Shown here piece after piece: positions 41,651-51,780 of a stretch of 64,000 nucleotides of DNA; within the stretch, counting starts at the first letter, position 1, and each line of letters begins with the position of its first letter. Under the pieces are notes generated by a model. That model saw nothing but the letters and a program-made list of their open reading frames with translations, was not told the origin of the DNA and did not search any database. The DNA is from Microcoleus sp. GTDB lineage: Bacteria > Cyanobacteriota > Cyanobacteriia > Cyanobacteriales > Microcoleaceae. The stretch lies in assembly GCA_042408215.1 (NCBI GenBank), contig JAYFMW010000030.1, forward strand, positions 192,001 through 256,000, in the 5' to 3' direction. The translations under genes were made by a program, and so were the position numbers.

Positions 41651-41966
41651 TACAGCGAAAACCGCTGTTATGAGGTACACCCACTTATCGTTCAATCCTC
41701 CTAGGGACACTCCAAGAGCCCATAGGTGTCAACTTAAGCCTGAAAGCCTTGATAAATCTCGTTTTTACCTGAGTCCAGATCCCCCTAAATCCCCCTTAAG
41801 AAGGGGGACTTTGAGAAGACTCTTGTCCCCCCCTTCTTAAGGGGGGCTAGGGGGGATCTAGGCTTAATAGTCAAACAGCAGTCTCTGACTGGGTTTGACG
41901 TTAAGTTGACACCAATGGGCTCCTGGAGTGTCCCTACCGTGTTTCATAACAGCGGGAACTGCTGTA
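41651..41966. mobile_element. Composite nested MITE, copy 2, with the inner module inverted
   Basis: Same outer ends and orientation as 19129-19455; inner 41719-41919 is reverse-oriented relative to 19196-19406. Confidence 0.8.
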
Positions 41967-41988
41967 TCTAAATTTATTCTAAAGTTTG

Positions 41989-43536
41989 TTGACACTCCCC
42001 GGTCTAAAGACACGGGGATTCTTAAGGACAAACTTTGGGGGATGAATCCGCCCAAAGTTTAATTCTCAAAGGGTTAGTCAGAAACCCCCTACCCACTCGC
42101 TCAATAATTGAGTCTATGGCTACTTTTGACTTTCTAATGATATTAGCTGCACCGTTAACATCTGCATTGATTAACAACCCAGCGCTAGAACGGTACAATC
42201 CTCTTTTGATTCTTTTACCCGATGGTTGCCAATTGTCAGGTTTTTCACCGACTTTTACTGGCAAAATGTCTCGGTCTAAAAAACTTGATTTTGATGTGTA
42301 AGATTCGTCTTGCTCTACAAATCGCCAGCCCCTTAAATCGCACTCTTGTTGGAGTCTATCTTTGACTTTAGCTGTGGGTATTTGGACAAAGTTCTGATTA
42401 GTCACTCCCCTCATATTGACTTCTTGCTTCTGTCCTTTATTCCAACCAAAGACTAAGACATTTATTTGGTTATTTTCGCAATAATCTATAATACTTCTAA
42501 CTGCTTTGTTGACAGCATCTCTCATCCTTCTAGTGCGAGTTTCTGACAACTGTTGTAATCTTTTTGACGAGAAACCTTTGGGTAATTTATGTATTGCGTG
42601 TTCTGATTGAATTCTCGCTTTTTCTTTGTTAAACCATTGGTTCCAAGACTTGAGTCTAAGTCCATCAATGATGAAAGGTTTACCATTGCTAGAGACACAA
42701 GTTAACCAGTTATTGATGCCGTGATCGATGCCCAGAACCCCTGTTACTTCCAAGCTGCAACTAGGGGCTTGTTCAGTGAGGGATTCGTGGACATATTCGA
42801 CCCATACCGCACCATTTCTAGGGATTAACCTGAGTTCTTTGATCTGGCAATTCTTGATCCGTTCAGGTAGCGGCACCCAAATCGCATCTTTCCCAAAGTA
42901 TTCTTTTCCTTTTTTCCCCAGGGGTAATCTGATTTTATTTCCAATTACCTTTAAGGCTTGACCGGGATAGGAAACGGGGTACATTCCCCCTTTGGTTCTG
43001 TACCTTGGTAGTCTCGGTTTTTGATTAATTGCTCCTTTGTTTGCCAACTTCTCTAAGGCTCGGAAAGAAGTAAAAGATTCTGCGACAGATTTAAGAGATT
43101 GTTGGGCAACTTGAGAGTATAGCAACCCGTAATTTTCGTTGGTCTTGGCTATTTTATATAAATCTGGATATTTAACTACGCTTTGGTTCTTAAAGTATTG
43201 TTGCCGACTTTCGTAAGTTCCGACATTAAACAGATTATTTGACCATCTTAGTAGTTGTTCGACAATGGTTTTGTCGAGTCCTTTTAAATGCCAAACATCT
43301 TTTTGTACTGCGTACATTTAACTTACTGGCTATTGTGACACTAGGTTTAGTATATATCGTGAATTAACAAGTTAATTAATCCTAAACAAATCTTTACCTT
43401 GGTCTCAATTGCTAGAAGAATTTGTCCGGGGACGGTTAAACATTATGTTATATTGAAACTTACGAACAGGCAGGATAAATCCTGCCACGCCCTTTCATCC
43501 CTGGACTAAAGTCACAGGGTTTTCAGGGTATTTCTT
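41989..43536 (-). mobile_element. IS200/IS605-family tnpB-only element inserted in the 3' end of cobA
   Basis: TTAT|AAGAAATACCCTGAAAACCCTG left end; ...GGGGAGTGTCAA right end; excision would give cobA ...RPVY-QTLE*. Confidence 0.88.
42022..43317 (-). CDS. tnpB: TnpB RNA-guided endonuclease, intact ORF
   Basis: SQVAQQ, LGIDHGINN, VFGWN, DESYTSK, INADVNGAANI. Confidence 0.92.
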   Translation of the reverse strand: MYAVQKDVWHLKGLDKTIVEQLLRWSNNLFNVGTYESRQQYFKNQSVVKYPDLYKIAKTNENYGLLYSQVAQQSLKSVAESFTSFRALEKLANKGAINQKPRLPRYRTKGGMYPVSYPGQALKVIGNKIRLPLGKKGKEYFGKDAIWVPLPERIKNCQIKELRLIPRNGAVWVEYVHESLTEQAPSCSLEVTGVLGIDHGINNWLTCVSSNGKPFIIDGLRLKSWNQWFNKEKARIQSEHAIHKLPKGFSSKRLQQLSETRTRRMRDAVNKAVRSIIDYCENNQINVLVFGWNKGQKQEVNMRGVTNQNFVQIPTAKVKDRLQQECDLRGWRFVEQDESYTSKSSFLDRDILPVKVGEKPDNWQPSGKRIKRGLYRSSAGLLINADVNGAANIIRKSKVAIDSIIERVGRGFLTNPLRIKLWADSSPKVCP

Positions 43537-44289
43537 ATAAACAGGGCGGCATCCAGACAATAAACCGTGCAAATTGACGACATTACCGATGACTGCGATC
43601 GCCGGTGCTGCAAATCCAGTCGCCTCAACTTGCTCTACAATTGTAGCTAAAGTTCCGATCAATTCTTCCTGTTCTGGCCGCGTTCCCCAACGCACTAAAG
43701 CTATGGGCGTTTCAGCACTCAATCCTGCTGCTGTCAACTGGCCGATGATGTATGGTAAATTGTGAATCCCCATGTATATTACAATGGTTTCGGAGCCGTG
43801 GGCGATCGCCTGCCAATTTACCTCTGGTCGATATTTTCCTGCTGATTCGTGACCGGTAACAAAGGTAACAGAAGAACTGTACGATCGATGTGTTAAAGGA
43901 ATTCCCGCATAAGCAGGGGCTGCAATCCCAGAAGTGACACCGGGAACTACTTCTACAGAGACTCCAGCTTTGACCAAATCTTCCATTTCTTCGCCACCAC
44001 GGCCGAAGATAAACGGATCGCCGCCTTTGAGACGGACAACTATTGCATTGTCTTGAGCTTTTTCGATCAATAACTGAGTTGTTTCGTCTTGGATTAGCGA
44101 ATGCTTGCCGCGACGTTTTCCGGCATCAATTCGTTCTGCTTGGGGGTTGATTGACTCCAAAATTTGAGGGCTAACTAAAGCGTCGTAAATTACCACATCG
44201 GCACACTCTAACAGAGTTTTTCCCTTCAGTGTCATCAAACCAGGATCTCCAGGCCCCGCACCTACCAAGTAGACTTTACCAACCGACAT
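43495..44289 (-). CDS. cobA: Uroporphyrinogen-III C-methyltransferase
   Basis: [31 protein letters not shown]; last 13 residues are IS-derived. Confidence 0.95.
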   Translation of the reverse strand: MSVGKVYLVGAGPGDPGLMTLKGKTLLECADVVIYDALVSPQILESINPQAERIDAGKRRGKHSLIQDETTQLLIEKAQDNAIVVRLKGGDPFIFGRGGEEMEDLVKAGVSVEVVPGVTSGIAAPAYAGIPLTHRSYSSSVTFVTGHESAGKYRPEVNWQAIAHGSETIVIYMGIHNLPYIIGQLTAAGLSAETPIALVRWGTRPEQEELIGTLATIVEQVEATGFAAPAIAVIGNVVNLHGLLSGCRPVYKKYPENPVTLVQG

Positions 44290-44333
44290 TTTTACCTCTT
44301 TTTTTAGTTGTGCCTCTTGTGTGTCTTTGCGGT

Positions 44334-45095
44334 TCATTTTTGAATTAACTCCCCAATTAAGTCTGCTAATTCTACAGTTGCGCCTAGAGGATTTGCTAGA
44401 TGAATTTCTGCTGTGGGAAATTGCTGCTTTAACTGTGCGACTGTTTTGGCGATCGCATCTGTAATTCCTCCATTAAATAAGAAGTATGGCACTATTCCTA
44501 TTTGCTGCTGTCCATCACGAACTAAATTGTCAATTTGTTCTTCCAAACTCGGCTTGACCGACCAATAAGCTGTTACAGCGCCAACTTTACTAGCTATTTC
44601 TTCAACTGTCGAGTTTCCTCCCGGACGGCGGCTGCCGTGAGATAGTAAAATCCACTTTGGTGAGCGCAAATTGGGGAGAAAAGCCACCTCTTGCATCTGA
44701 GTTTTCACCAAGTTGGTTAAGCCTGCTTCTTGGGTTCCCAAATGCGGCTGCAAGTTAATTGTTAGCTTGTCAGAAAAAGTTTTCCTGGCAATTTCTAGCT
44801 GTGCGGGTATGTCTTCGGCGACGTGAACTCCCGGCAATAAAAATATGGGCAAGATTTGGACTTCTGTCAATCCGAGGGAGAGGGTATGTTCGCCAAAATG
44901 GCAAATTTGTTCGTGCAGTGGCGCGAGGCCCAACTCTAAGGTGGCGGTTCCGACTGCGGGCACAGAGGAAGTGGCAGAATTGCTCAAAATTGGTGAATTT
45001 TGAGACAGCAGTTTAGCTAGGTTTTCCAGGGCTAGTTGGGGTCGGGGGTCGCGACTGCCGTGAGAGACTAATAAATAGGTCGATCGCAATTTCAA
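44334..45095 (-). CDS. Sirohydrochlorin chelatase (CbiX/SirB family)
   Basis: LVSHGSRDP, PIFLLPGVH..EDIP, second SHGSR domain; upstream of cobA. Confidence 0.88.
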   Translation of the reverse strand: MKLRSTYLLVSHGSRDPRPQLALENLAKLLSQNSPILSNSATSSVPAVGTATLELGLAPLHEQICHFGEHTLSLGLTEVQILPIFLLPGVHVAEDIPAQLEIARKTFSDKLTINLQPHLGTQEAGLTNLVKTQMQEVAFLPNLRSPKWILLSHGSRRPGGNSTVEEIASKVGAVTAYWSVKPSLEEQIDNLVRDGQQQIGIVPYFLFNGGITDAIAKTVAQLKQQFPTAEIHLANPLGATVELADLIGELIQK

Positions 45096-45281
45096 TATTT
45101 CAAGAGGGATGTGATGTTAATGGTCGATCAGAATTTTCAATAATTATAGCATCTTGGAGTTTCCCTGAATATTGCCGCACTCGGTTAATTTGGCTGACAT
45201 GACATCAAGGTGTCGCTGTCAGGGAGAGAGACTGACAGATCGCAGCCCAAGTTTCTCGATCGGCTTCTTGCGACTTTTTAC

Positions 45282-45311
45282 TTGACAAATAATCCCGCAG
45301 TTTGGTATAAT
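45282..45311 (+). promoter_or_regulatory. Consensus sigma70-type promoter with no downstream + strand gene
   Basis: TTGACA-N18-TATAAT with an extended -10 TG. Confidence 0.6.
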
Positions 45312-45403
45312 TAACACCCGGACATTCAATCAAATTAAGTTCCTAATTCAAAGTCATAAATCAAGAAGTCATAGCTCAAGAAGTCATAGCTCAATCAAAA
45401 TTG

Positions 45404-45544
45404 ATATCAATTCCGGTTGCACCGTCAGGTGATGTTGACTGTTGACTGTTGGCTGTTGACGGTTGACTGTTGACGGTTGGCTGTTGACTGTTGGCTGTTG
45501 ACTGTTGATGGTTTGAACAATACCGATGCAACCGGAAACGATAT
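45404..45544. repeat. (CTGTTGA/CTGTTGG)n heptamer tract enclosed by an inverted repeat
   Basis: ATATCAATTCCGGTTGCA ... TGCAACCGGAAACGATAT flank about 11 heptamers. Confidence 0.75.
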
Positions 45545-45643
45545 GATGGAGAAAAATTTTCCTGGGGATTGGTGGCGATATTGGTTGTTGAAAACTGAGG
45601 AGCGGGAGTTTTTAATAAACTTAAATTGGTCGAGTTATCGCTA

Positions 45644-46588
45644 TTAATGAGAGTAGGAATAATCCGAGCTTTTGGCGAGGGAGATAGAGTTGGGACTACG
45701 AATCTTTAAAGCTGCATTGATATCTTGCAAAACTTCGACGGCGAAACTGTATCGCTGATTGATATGAACTTGCAGCAATTTATCTAAGATTTCACCTAAC
45801 TCGTTGCTAATAATTGTGCCTTTTGGGAGGTACTCGCGCCACCACCAACGCTCGCTGTTGCCGTCGTACATATCCAAGGGAGGAACTTGGGTCATCATGC
45901 GAATGCAGGTGACACCTAAACTGTAAAGGTCGCTGGCAGGAAATACTTTCCCTCGCATTTGTTCGGGAGCTAAATAATCTGGGCTGCCGATTAAAGTTGC
46001 TGGACGGAGTAGGGCTGTATCGGTGAGCACTTTAGCAATCCCGAAATCGATCAATACTGGTTTGCGATCCGACTGGCGACGGATAATATTTTCTGGTTTG
46101 ATGTCGCGGTGAACAACGTGACGATCGTGGATGAATTGCAGCACTGGCAATAAGTCTTGCAGTAGTTGCCAAATCTGATTTTCACCATATATACTCTGGT
46201 CTAATTCTTGTTTTAGAGTCGGCCCATCAATAAATTCTTCAACTAAATAAACATGGTGTTCTTCTTCAAAGCAGGCTAACAATTTGGGGATTTGCGGGTG
46301 ATTTCCGAGTTCATCTAAACGAATAGCTTCTTGCCGAAATAGATCTAGTGCTTTGCTGCATATTTCGGGATCGCGATCGTAAAAATAAAATTGCTTGACT
46401 GCACATCGGGGATGGGATGGGATGTCTTCATCGACTGCTAAGAAAGTTTTGCCAAATCCACCTCTACCTAAAAGTGCGATCGGTCGATATCGCTGTCTCA
46501 GCAAAAGATTAGATCCACAACTTAAGCAAAATTCGGCAGTGTTAAGATTTTGGGGATTTTGACATTTTGGGTTGACACAGTAGCTCAT
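45644..46588 (-). CDS. Ser/Thr protein kinase with a 4-Cys N-terminal prefix and no C-terminal sensor domain
   Basis: MSYCVNPKC..FCLSCG, LGRGGFG, HRDIKPEN, IDFG, APE. Confidence 0.93.
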   Translation of the reverse strand: MSYCVNPKCQNPQNLNTAEFCLSCGSNLLLRQRYRPIALLGRGGFGKTFLAVDEDIPSHPRCAVKQFYFYDRDPEICSKALDLFRQEAIRLDELGNHPQIPKLLACFEEEHHVYLVEEFIDGPTLKQELDQSIYGENQIWQLLQDLLPVLQFIHDRHVVHRDIKPENIIRRQSDRKPVLIDFGIAKVLTDTALLRPATLIGSPDYLAPEQMRGKVFPASDLYSLGVTCIRMMTQVPPLDMYDGNSERWWWREYLPKGTIISNELGEILDKLLQVHINQRYSFAVEVLQDINAALKIRSPNSISLAKSSDYSYSH

Positions 46589-47045
46589 ATTGATTTTGGA
46601 TTTTAGATTTTAGATTAGGGAAAGGATCAAGAATTAACTATTTTAGTCCTGGACGCACTCCGACAAAGAAACCGGGTTTTTTACTTAATCTGTGGGTAAC
46701 AACGAAGTATTTTGGTAAAAAAACCCGGTTTCTGGACCCCGTAGGGACACGGCACTGCCGTGTCTAAAGCTGCACTTCATAAACCGGGGATACGCTGTAT
46801 GAGCCTATTTTAATGTGCTGGCCCAAATCGGGACACTGGTTTGTTGCTGGGTTCGGCTTCATCGACCCGGAACTGCCGAAAGATTGGGGACTGGTCACAA
46901 GCTAAAATTATGCTAAAGTCATACAGTGCATGAGATTCAAAGCACTGTGAATACAGGCGATCGCCCGAAATTCACAAAAATTAAAAAAAAATTTGCCAAA
47001 CCCCTAGACCTATGCTAACGTTAGATGCTATAGTGAAAAAAACAC

Positions 47046-47119
47046 GGCGAGTGTAGCCAAGTGGTTAAGGCAGTGGTTTGTGGTACCACCATTCGTGGGT
47101 TCAATTCCCATCATTCGCC
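47046..47119 (+). tRNA. trnH: tRNA-His (GTG), with G-1; CCA not encoded
   Basis: Acceptor GCGAGTG/CATTCGC, anticodon arm GTGGT-TT GTG GT-ACCAC, T-loop GGTTCAATTCC; TATAGT -10 just upstream. Confidence 0.97.
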
Positions 47120-47478
47120 CTTTTAAGTCCGCCAGGGCATAGATTCCCTGGCTAATAGCTGAATTCCTCTGAAGAGGAATAAGGGATCTTTTGTGTGACA
47201 ATTAGGCCTAGATCCCCCCTAACCAGGGCGGGCACGGGGGCACCGCCCCTACAGAAGGGGGGAACCGGAAATGGATCAAAGTCCCCCTTCTTAAGGAGGA
47301 TTTAGGGGGATCTAGACTCGGCTGTGAACGAGATATACAAGGGTTTTAGGCTTAAGTTGTCACCAATCGGTAGAGCCTGGTAACGAGTAGAATGAGTAGA
47401 ATAGTGCCCTGCGATGCAAGTTTCGATTGTGTTAATATTATATTAGTCGGGGCGACCAACAATTATTGAAAAATAAAG

Positions 47479-50400
47479 ATGCCATCTTTAGTTGCAGAAG
47501 ATTGGGGATATAAATTTACTGGAAATCGGGCGATTAATAAGTTTATTCGCGATGTTGAAGGAGAAGCGGCTTTAGCAAAATATTGCGATTGGGAATGCAA
47601 AGAGCGTGCGGAAATTTTAATGTCTGAGATTGCTGGAAAATCGCACAATCTTTTCTACGTGCGCCGCCAACAGGTAAATCAGAGATTTGCGGAAGAAGAA
47701 ATATGGGAATTAATCATTGCTACGGATCGAGATGATTTTGAATTACCGGAATTGCTGCAAAAAGCCGATCGCACTTTGCGATTATTAGCTTGTGTACGCT
47801 TTGAAGACGGAATTGGTGGCTTAAAGTTACTGGATGCTGGTTTAGTAAATCAGCTAAGAGGTAAGAAAGATGGGTATGTTTTGCCGGCGAAATTGCGACT
47901 TTTAGGCAATAGTAAAGCCGGTGTTCCTCGCAAGTCGATCGCCCGCGTGCAACAATTGCCATTTTGGGACGATAGACACATCCCAACTACGGAACAACTA
48001 AAAGTTTGGCACACTTTCTTAAAAGTTGAAAAACGCATTGCCGAAGCTCGTCAATTTTGCGTACCTTTTCGAGGTCATAATTACGGTTCTAGCCTCAAAA
48101 TCATCACTTTAGAAATTGATTGTAGTTCCGCAACTCTGGATGGCTATGATGAGAATTCCTTAGAATTGGGCGACTTTCGGGAAAGGCTGAAAAAGGCGCG
48201 CAATGAAGAAATTACCCTGTTTGATTCTGCACCGGGAAGCAGAAGCAGCCGAGATGGAGACACTTTAGGAACGATCGCCGAAATTGACTTTGAAAGCAGC
48301 AAGTTGCGGATTAAGTTAGATCCTGATTTAGCCGCTCGCAGGTTGGGCGATCGATATTTATTGCCTAAACAAGGATTCTTGTATTTTGAGGCTGCTGGCG
48401 ATATCAGTCAGATCAGACGCAAAGAACAAGCTTTAAAAATGTTGGCAGATGGCCGCGCTCAAAATCCCTATTTGAGTGATTTTTTATTCGACGCTTCTCA
48501 AGCAAGACAGCCGCAAAAAAATATTAAATTAGAGCGAGAAAACTTATTAAATCGCAATGCTAATGCTGACCAAATTGCTGCCGTAGAAACGGTGCTTTCC
48601 GCACGGGATTTAATTCTGATTCAAGGCCCGCCGGGAACAGGTAAAACTACCGTTATTGCCGAGATTTGCTATCAAATTGCCCGTCTGGGTGGGAAAACGC
48701 TGATTGCTTCTCAAGCTAATTTAGCTGTAGATAATGCTTTGAGTCGGTTGGTTCACAATCCGGCGATTCGGGCTTTGCGGAAGGGAAAAGCTCATAAGGT
48801 TCAGGAAGAAGGGCAGCCGTTTCTGGAGGAAAATGCGATCGGCACTTGGCTACAAAATACTGCGACTGACTGCGAACAAAAACTATTACAGCGGCATAAA
48901 AATGTCACATATTTGCGGCAGTTGCTGACAGACTATGAACGATTTGCAGCTTACTTTGCCGCCGAAGCCGAATTTTATAACCAACAGAAACATCTACACA
49001 GTAGCAAGGCAAGTCTTGAGGCTAACTGCAACCACCAAGAAACAGCATACCAGGAAAGTTTAGCACAAAAAAATGAAATTGAATCTTTATTTTTGGGTTT
49101 AGAAAATCTTCTGGCTGCACCGAATGTCAAGTGGGAATCTCCAGAAATTGCCGAATTTTTGCCCAGACTGAAACCATACTCAGAAGGCAATGTTTTAGTA
49201 GAAAACTTTCTGGCAAATGTGCGGATAGCCGCCAGCAATGCTACTCAAATTGGCTTTGTTAGGCCCCCTTGCGGTGCTTTTGGAATTGCGGTTTGGCTGC
49301 GGGAAACTGTAGCGCCCCAAATATCGGAATTTAAGGCAGCATTTGATGGTGCTGATGATGCTTGTAATGCTATGTCAGCAGTTGTGGAATCCCTGCGGGT
49401 GTCGCGGCAGATTTCTGATGCTTTGAATCAGCTACAATTGGGCGATCGACAACAGACAAATCGCCAAAATTTAGAGCAGAAAATCCAGAATTTAGAACTG
49501 CGAAAAGCGGAAATTGCGATCGTTGTAGTCGCAGTTGCAACATGGATTAACACAGCGGATGCTCGACTTTATGAAGTTGTGAAATCTTGCTGGGAAACGG
49601 GGGCTTTGCTGACCGATGACATGGTAGAATTGCCTGTGGGATTGTTAAAAATTGCCCGATCGCTCAAATTGCCGATCGTCCCCCCCAAATGGAAAGTTAA
49701 TTTGCCCGATTTAGAAAGACTGCAAAAGGCGATATCCCATGAAGCCAGCGCAGGTTTTAAGGACATTCAAGGCCAACAATTCCGGTTTAGCGAGTTTTTG
49801 CACCTAAATTTGAGTCAAACGCCCATCGTGCTCTCAGCGGGCGATCGGACTCAATGGCAACAACTAGCAAAAGACTTTGATAACTATTCCCAAGTAACTC
49901 GCAGTCAGCGCCAATTTCTCATAGAAAAAGCTCGCACTTTGTTAAGTAATATTCAACAAATTTACAGTGCATCTTTCCAGCCAAATAACATCGAGACTAC
50001 ACTACATAGCGTCGCCAAAGAATTGCTGCACAGCATCCTAGAAAATGCGCGACAATGCGTGGTTCCCCTGAAAACTGAAACCGAACAGCAACTGCAAAAA
50101 CAGCAACAGCTATTAGAGCGACTCAACTTAAGCTTAAACCAGGCAGAAATATCCGCCCTTAAACTTCAGCTAGAAACAGCACAGCAAGCAACAAATTTAA
50201 AAATTAACACAGTAACTAATCTACTGCAAGCAATTGTCCAACAGTCAAACCTACCTGAAAAATTGCGGATTCTAGCAGAACAATATATTGCCCAAAAATC
50301 TAATATTTGGGAACAGCCGCAGCAGTTTTCAAAGCAAGTTGATGCTTGGAAAGCCAATGCAGTTCAGCTTGAAAGTTCCATTGCTGGCTTAGATCCTTTC

Positions 50401-51780
50401 GGTGTTTTGAATATCATCAAAAACAGTCTTAACGAGCATTTATCTCCGCTGCAAATAGCCTCAGAAAAATCGCAGCAGCAACTTCAACAGCTACAAATAG
50501 AGTTAAGTGAAATTCATGCTCAAATCCAACAGCAACAGCTAACACCAGGATTAATTATTGAGAGAAATTGGTGGGACTCAGCATGGCCAACTATCCCCGA
50601 TAAATACAAACCAGAAATTCCCTCTACGGGATTATTCACTGTGGATTTTTTACGCAAAATCAAGCGGCAATTCAACAATTGGCAGCGGGAATTAGCACAA
50701 GACGAAACCGAACTAAATCGCTCTCAAAACTTCGTTACAGACTGGATTGAAAAACTCCGCAATCCCTCAGAAAAAGACCAAAGCGATTTAAAACAAATTT
50801 ATATTGACAATGCCAATGTCATTGGCATTACTTGCGTGCAAGCAGCCAGTTTCGACTTTAGCAAAAACTTTCCCAGCTTTGATGCAGTCATCATTGACGA
50901 AGTTAGTAAATGCACTCCTCCAGAATTATTAATTCCCGCTTTGAAAGGCAAAAAATTAGTATTAGTAGGCGATCACCGACAATTGCCGCCAATGTTCGAT
51001 CGCAATACGATCGACGATATTGCCGAAGAAATCGGCTGTACCGGAGACGAACTAAGTTTCATCAAAGAATCCCTGTTCAAAGTTTTGTTTGAAAATGCCA
51101 GCGACAGCATCAAACAAATGCTGACAACTCAATACCGAATGCACCCGCAGATTATGGGAGCAATCAATCAATTTTATGACCAAAAACTCAACTGTGGAAT
51201 TGCCGAACCCGATGCAAGACGCGCCCACAATCTCGCAGGTAAAATCATTCAAGAAAATAATCACATACTCTGGGTGAAAACGCCGATCGGACAAGGTTTT
51301 GAAGAAGAAAAAAATGGAACTTCGCGCTTGAATGTCAAAGAAGTAGATGCAATTGAACGTTTGTGCGAGCAAATGGAAACAGCTTGGTTGCCAAAAATTT
51401 CCGAGGGTGAACCGCCCAAAGAAATCGGAATTATTACTTTTTACGGCGCTCAATTGAGGTTAATTCAAGATAGAATTGAACCAGAAAAATTTCCATCTTT
51501 GAGCATCCGCACCGGTACTGTTGACATATTTCAAGGCATGGAGCGACCTGCGATCATTGTCAGCACAGTGTGCAATAATAATAGGGGTGATATTGGATTT
51601 GCTAAGGAACCGGAACGGGTGAATGTGGCATTTTCCCGCGCTCAGGAATTGCTGGTAGTTGTTGGCTGCCACGATTTATTTACCCAACAAACAGGTACTG
51701 TCGGAAAAATGTATCAGGAAGTTTCAAAAATTGTGCGTTACTTTGGAGGTTTTGTAGATGTTTCTAGCGTCATCAACTAA
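47479..51780 (+). CDS. Large SF1B (Upf1/DNA2-like) helicase with a long coiled-coil insertion
   Basis: IQGPPGTGKTT, SQANLAVDNA, IIDEVSK, LVGDHRQLPP, LTTQYRMHP, TVDIFQGME, RVNVAFSRAQ. Confidence 0.92.
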   Translation: MPSLVAEDWGYKFTGNRAINKFIRDVEGEAALAKYCDWECKERAEILMSEIAGKSHNLFYVRRQQVNQRFAEEEIWELIIATDRDDFELPELLQKADRTLRLLACVRFEDGIGGLKLLDAGLVNQLRGKKDGYVLPAKLRLLGNSKAGVPRKSIARVQQLPFWDDRHIPTTEQLKVWHTFLKVEKRIAEARQFCVPFRGHNYGSSLKIITLEIDCSSATLDGYDENSLELGDFRERLKKARNEEITLFDSAPGSRSSRDGDTLGTIAEIDFESSKLRIKLDPDLAARRLGDRYLLPKQGFLYFEAAGDISQIRRKEQALKMLADGRAQNPYLSDFLFDASQARQPQKNIKLERENLLNRNANADQIAAVETVLSARDLILIQGPPGTGKTTVIAEICYQIARLGGKTLIASQANLAVDNALSRLVHNPAIRALRKGKAHKVQEEGQPFLEENAIGTWLQNTATDCEQKLLQRHKNVTYLRQLLTDYERFAAYFAAEAEFYNQQKHLHSSKASLEANCNHQETAYQESLAQKNEIESLFLGLENLLAAPNVKWESPEIAEFLPRLKPYSEGNVLVENFLANVRIAASNATQIGFVRPPCGAFGIAVWLRETVAPQISEFKAAFDGADDACNAMSAVVESLRVSRQISDALNQLQLGDRQQTNRQNLEQKIQNLELRKAEIAIVVVAVATWINTADARLYEVVKSCWETGALLTDDMVELPVGLLKIARSLKLPIVPPKWKVNLPDLERLQKAISHEASAGFKDIQGQQFRFSEFLHLNLSQTPIVLSAGDRTQWQQLAKDFDNYSQVTRSQRQFLIEKARTLLSNIQQIYSASFQPNNIETTLHSVAKELLHSILENARQCVVPLKTETEQQLQKQQQLLERLNLSLNQAEISALKLQLETAQQATNLKINTVTNLLQAIVQQSNLPEKLRILAEQYIAQKSNIWEQPQQFSKQVDAWKANAVQLESSIAGLDPFGVLNIIKNSLNEHLSPLQIASEKSQQQLQQLQIELSEIHAQIQQQQLTPGLIIERNWWDSAWPTIPDKYKPEIPSTGLFTVDFLRKIKRQFNNWQRELAQDETELNRSQNFVTDWIEKLRNPSEKDQSDLKQIYIDNANVIGITCVQAASFDFSKNFPSFDAVIIDEVSKCTPPELLIPALKGKKLVLVGDHRQLPPMFDRNTIDDIAEEIGCTGDELSFIKESLFKVLFENASDSIKQMLTTQYRMHPQIMGAINQFYDQKLNCGIAEPDARRAHNLAGKIIQENNHILWVKTPIGQGFEEEKNGTSRLNVKEVDAIERLCEQMETAWLPKISEGEPPKEIGIITFYGAQLRLIQDRIEPEKFPSLSIRTGTVDIFQGMERPAIIVSTVCNNNRGDIGFAKEPERVNVAFSRAQELLVVVGCHDLFTQQTGTVGKMYQEVSKIVRYFGGFVDVSSVIN

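Noticed and set aside
45644..46588. Kinase as a trans component of the helicase-PLD system
   Set aside because: Divergent, separated by tRNA-His, and a common cyanobacterial 4-Cys-prefix kinase; nothing in the sequence links them.
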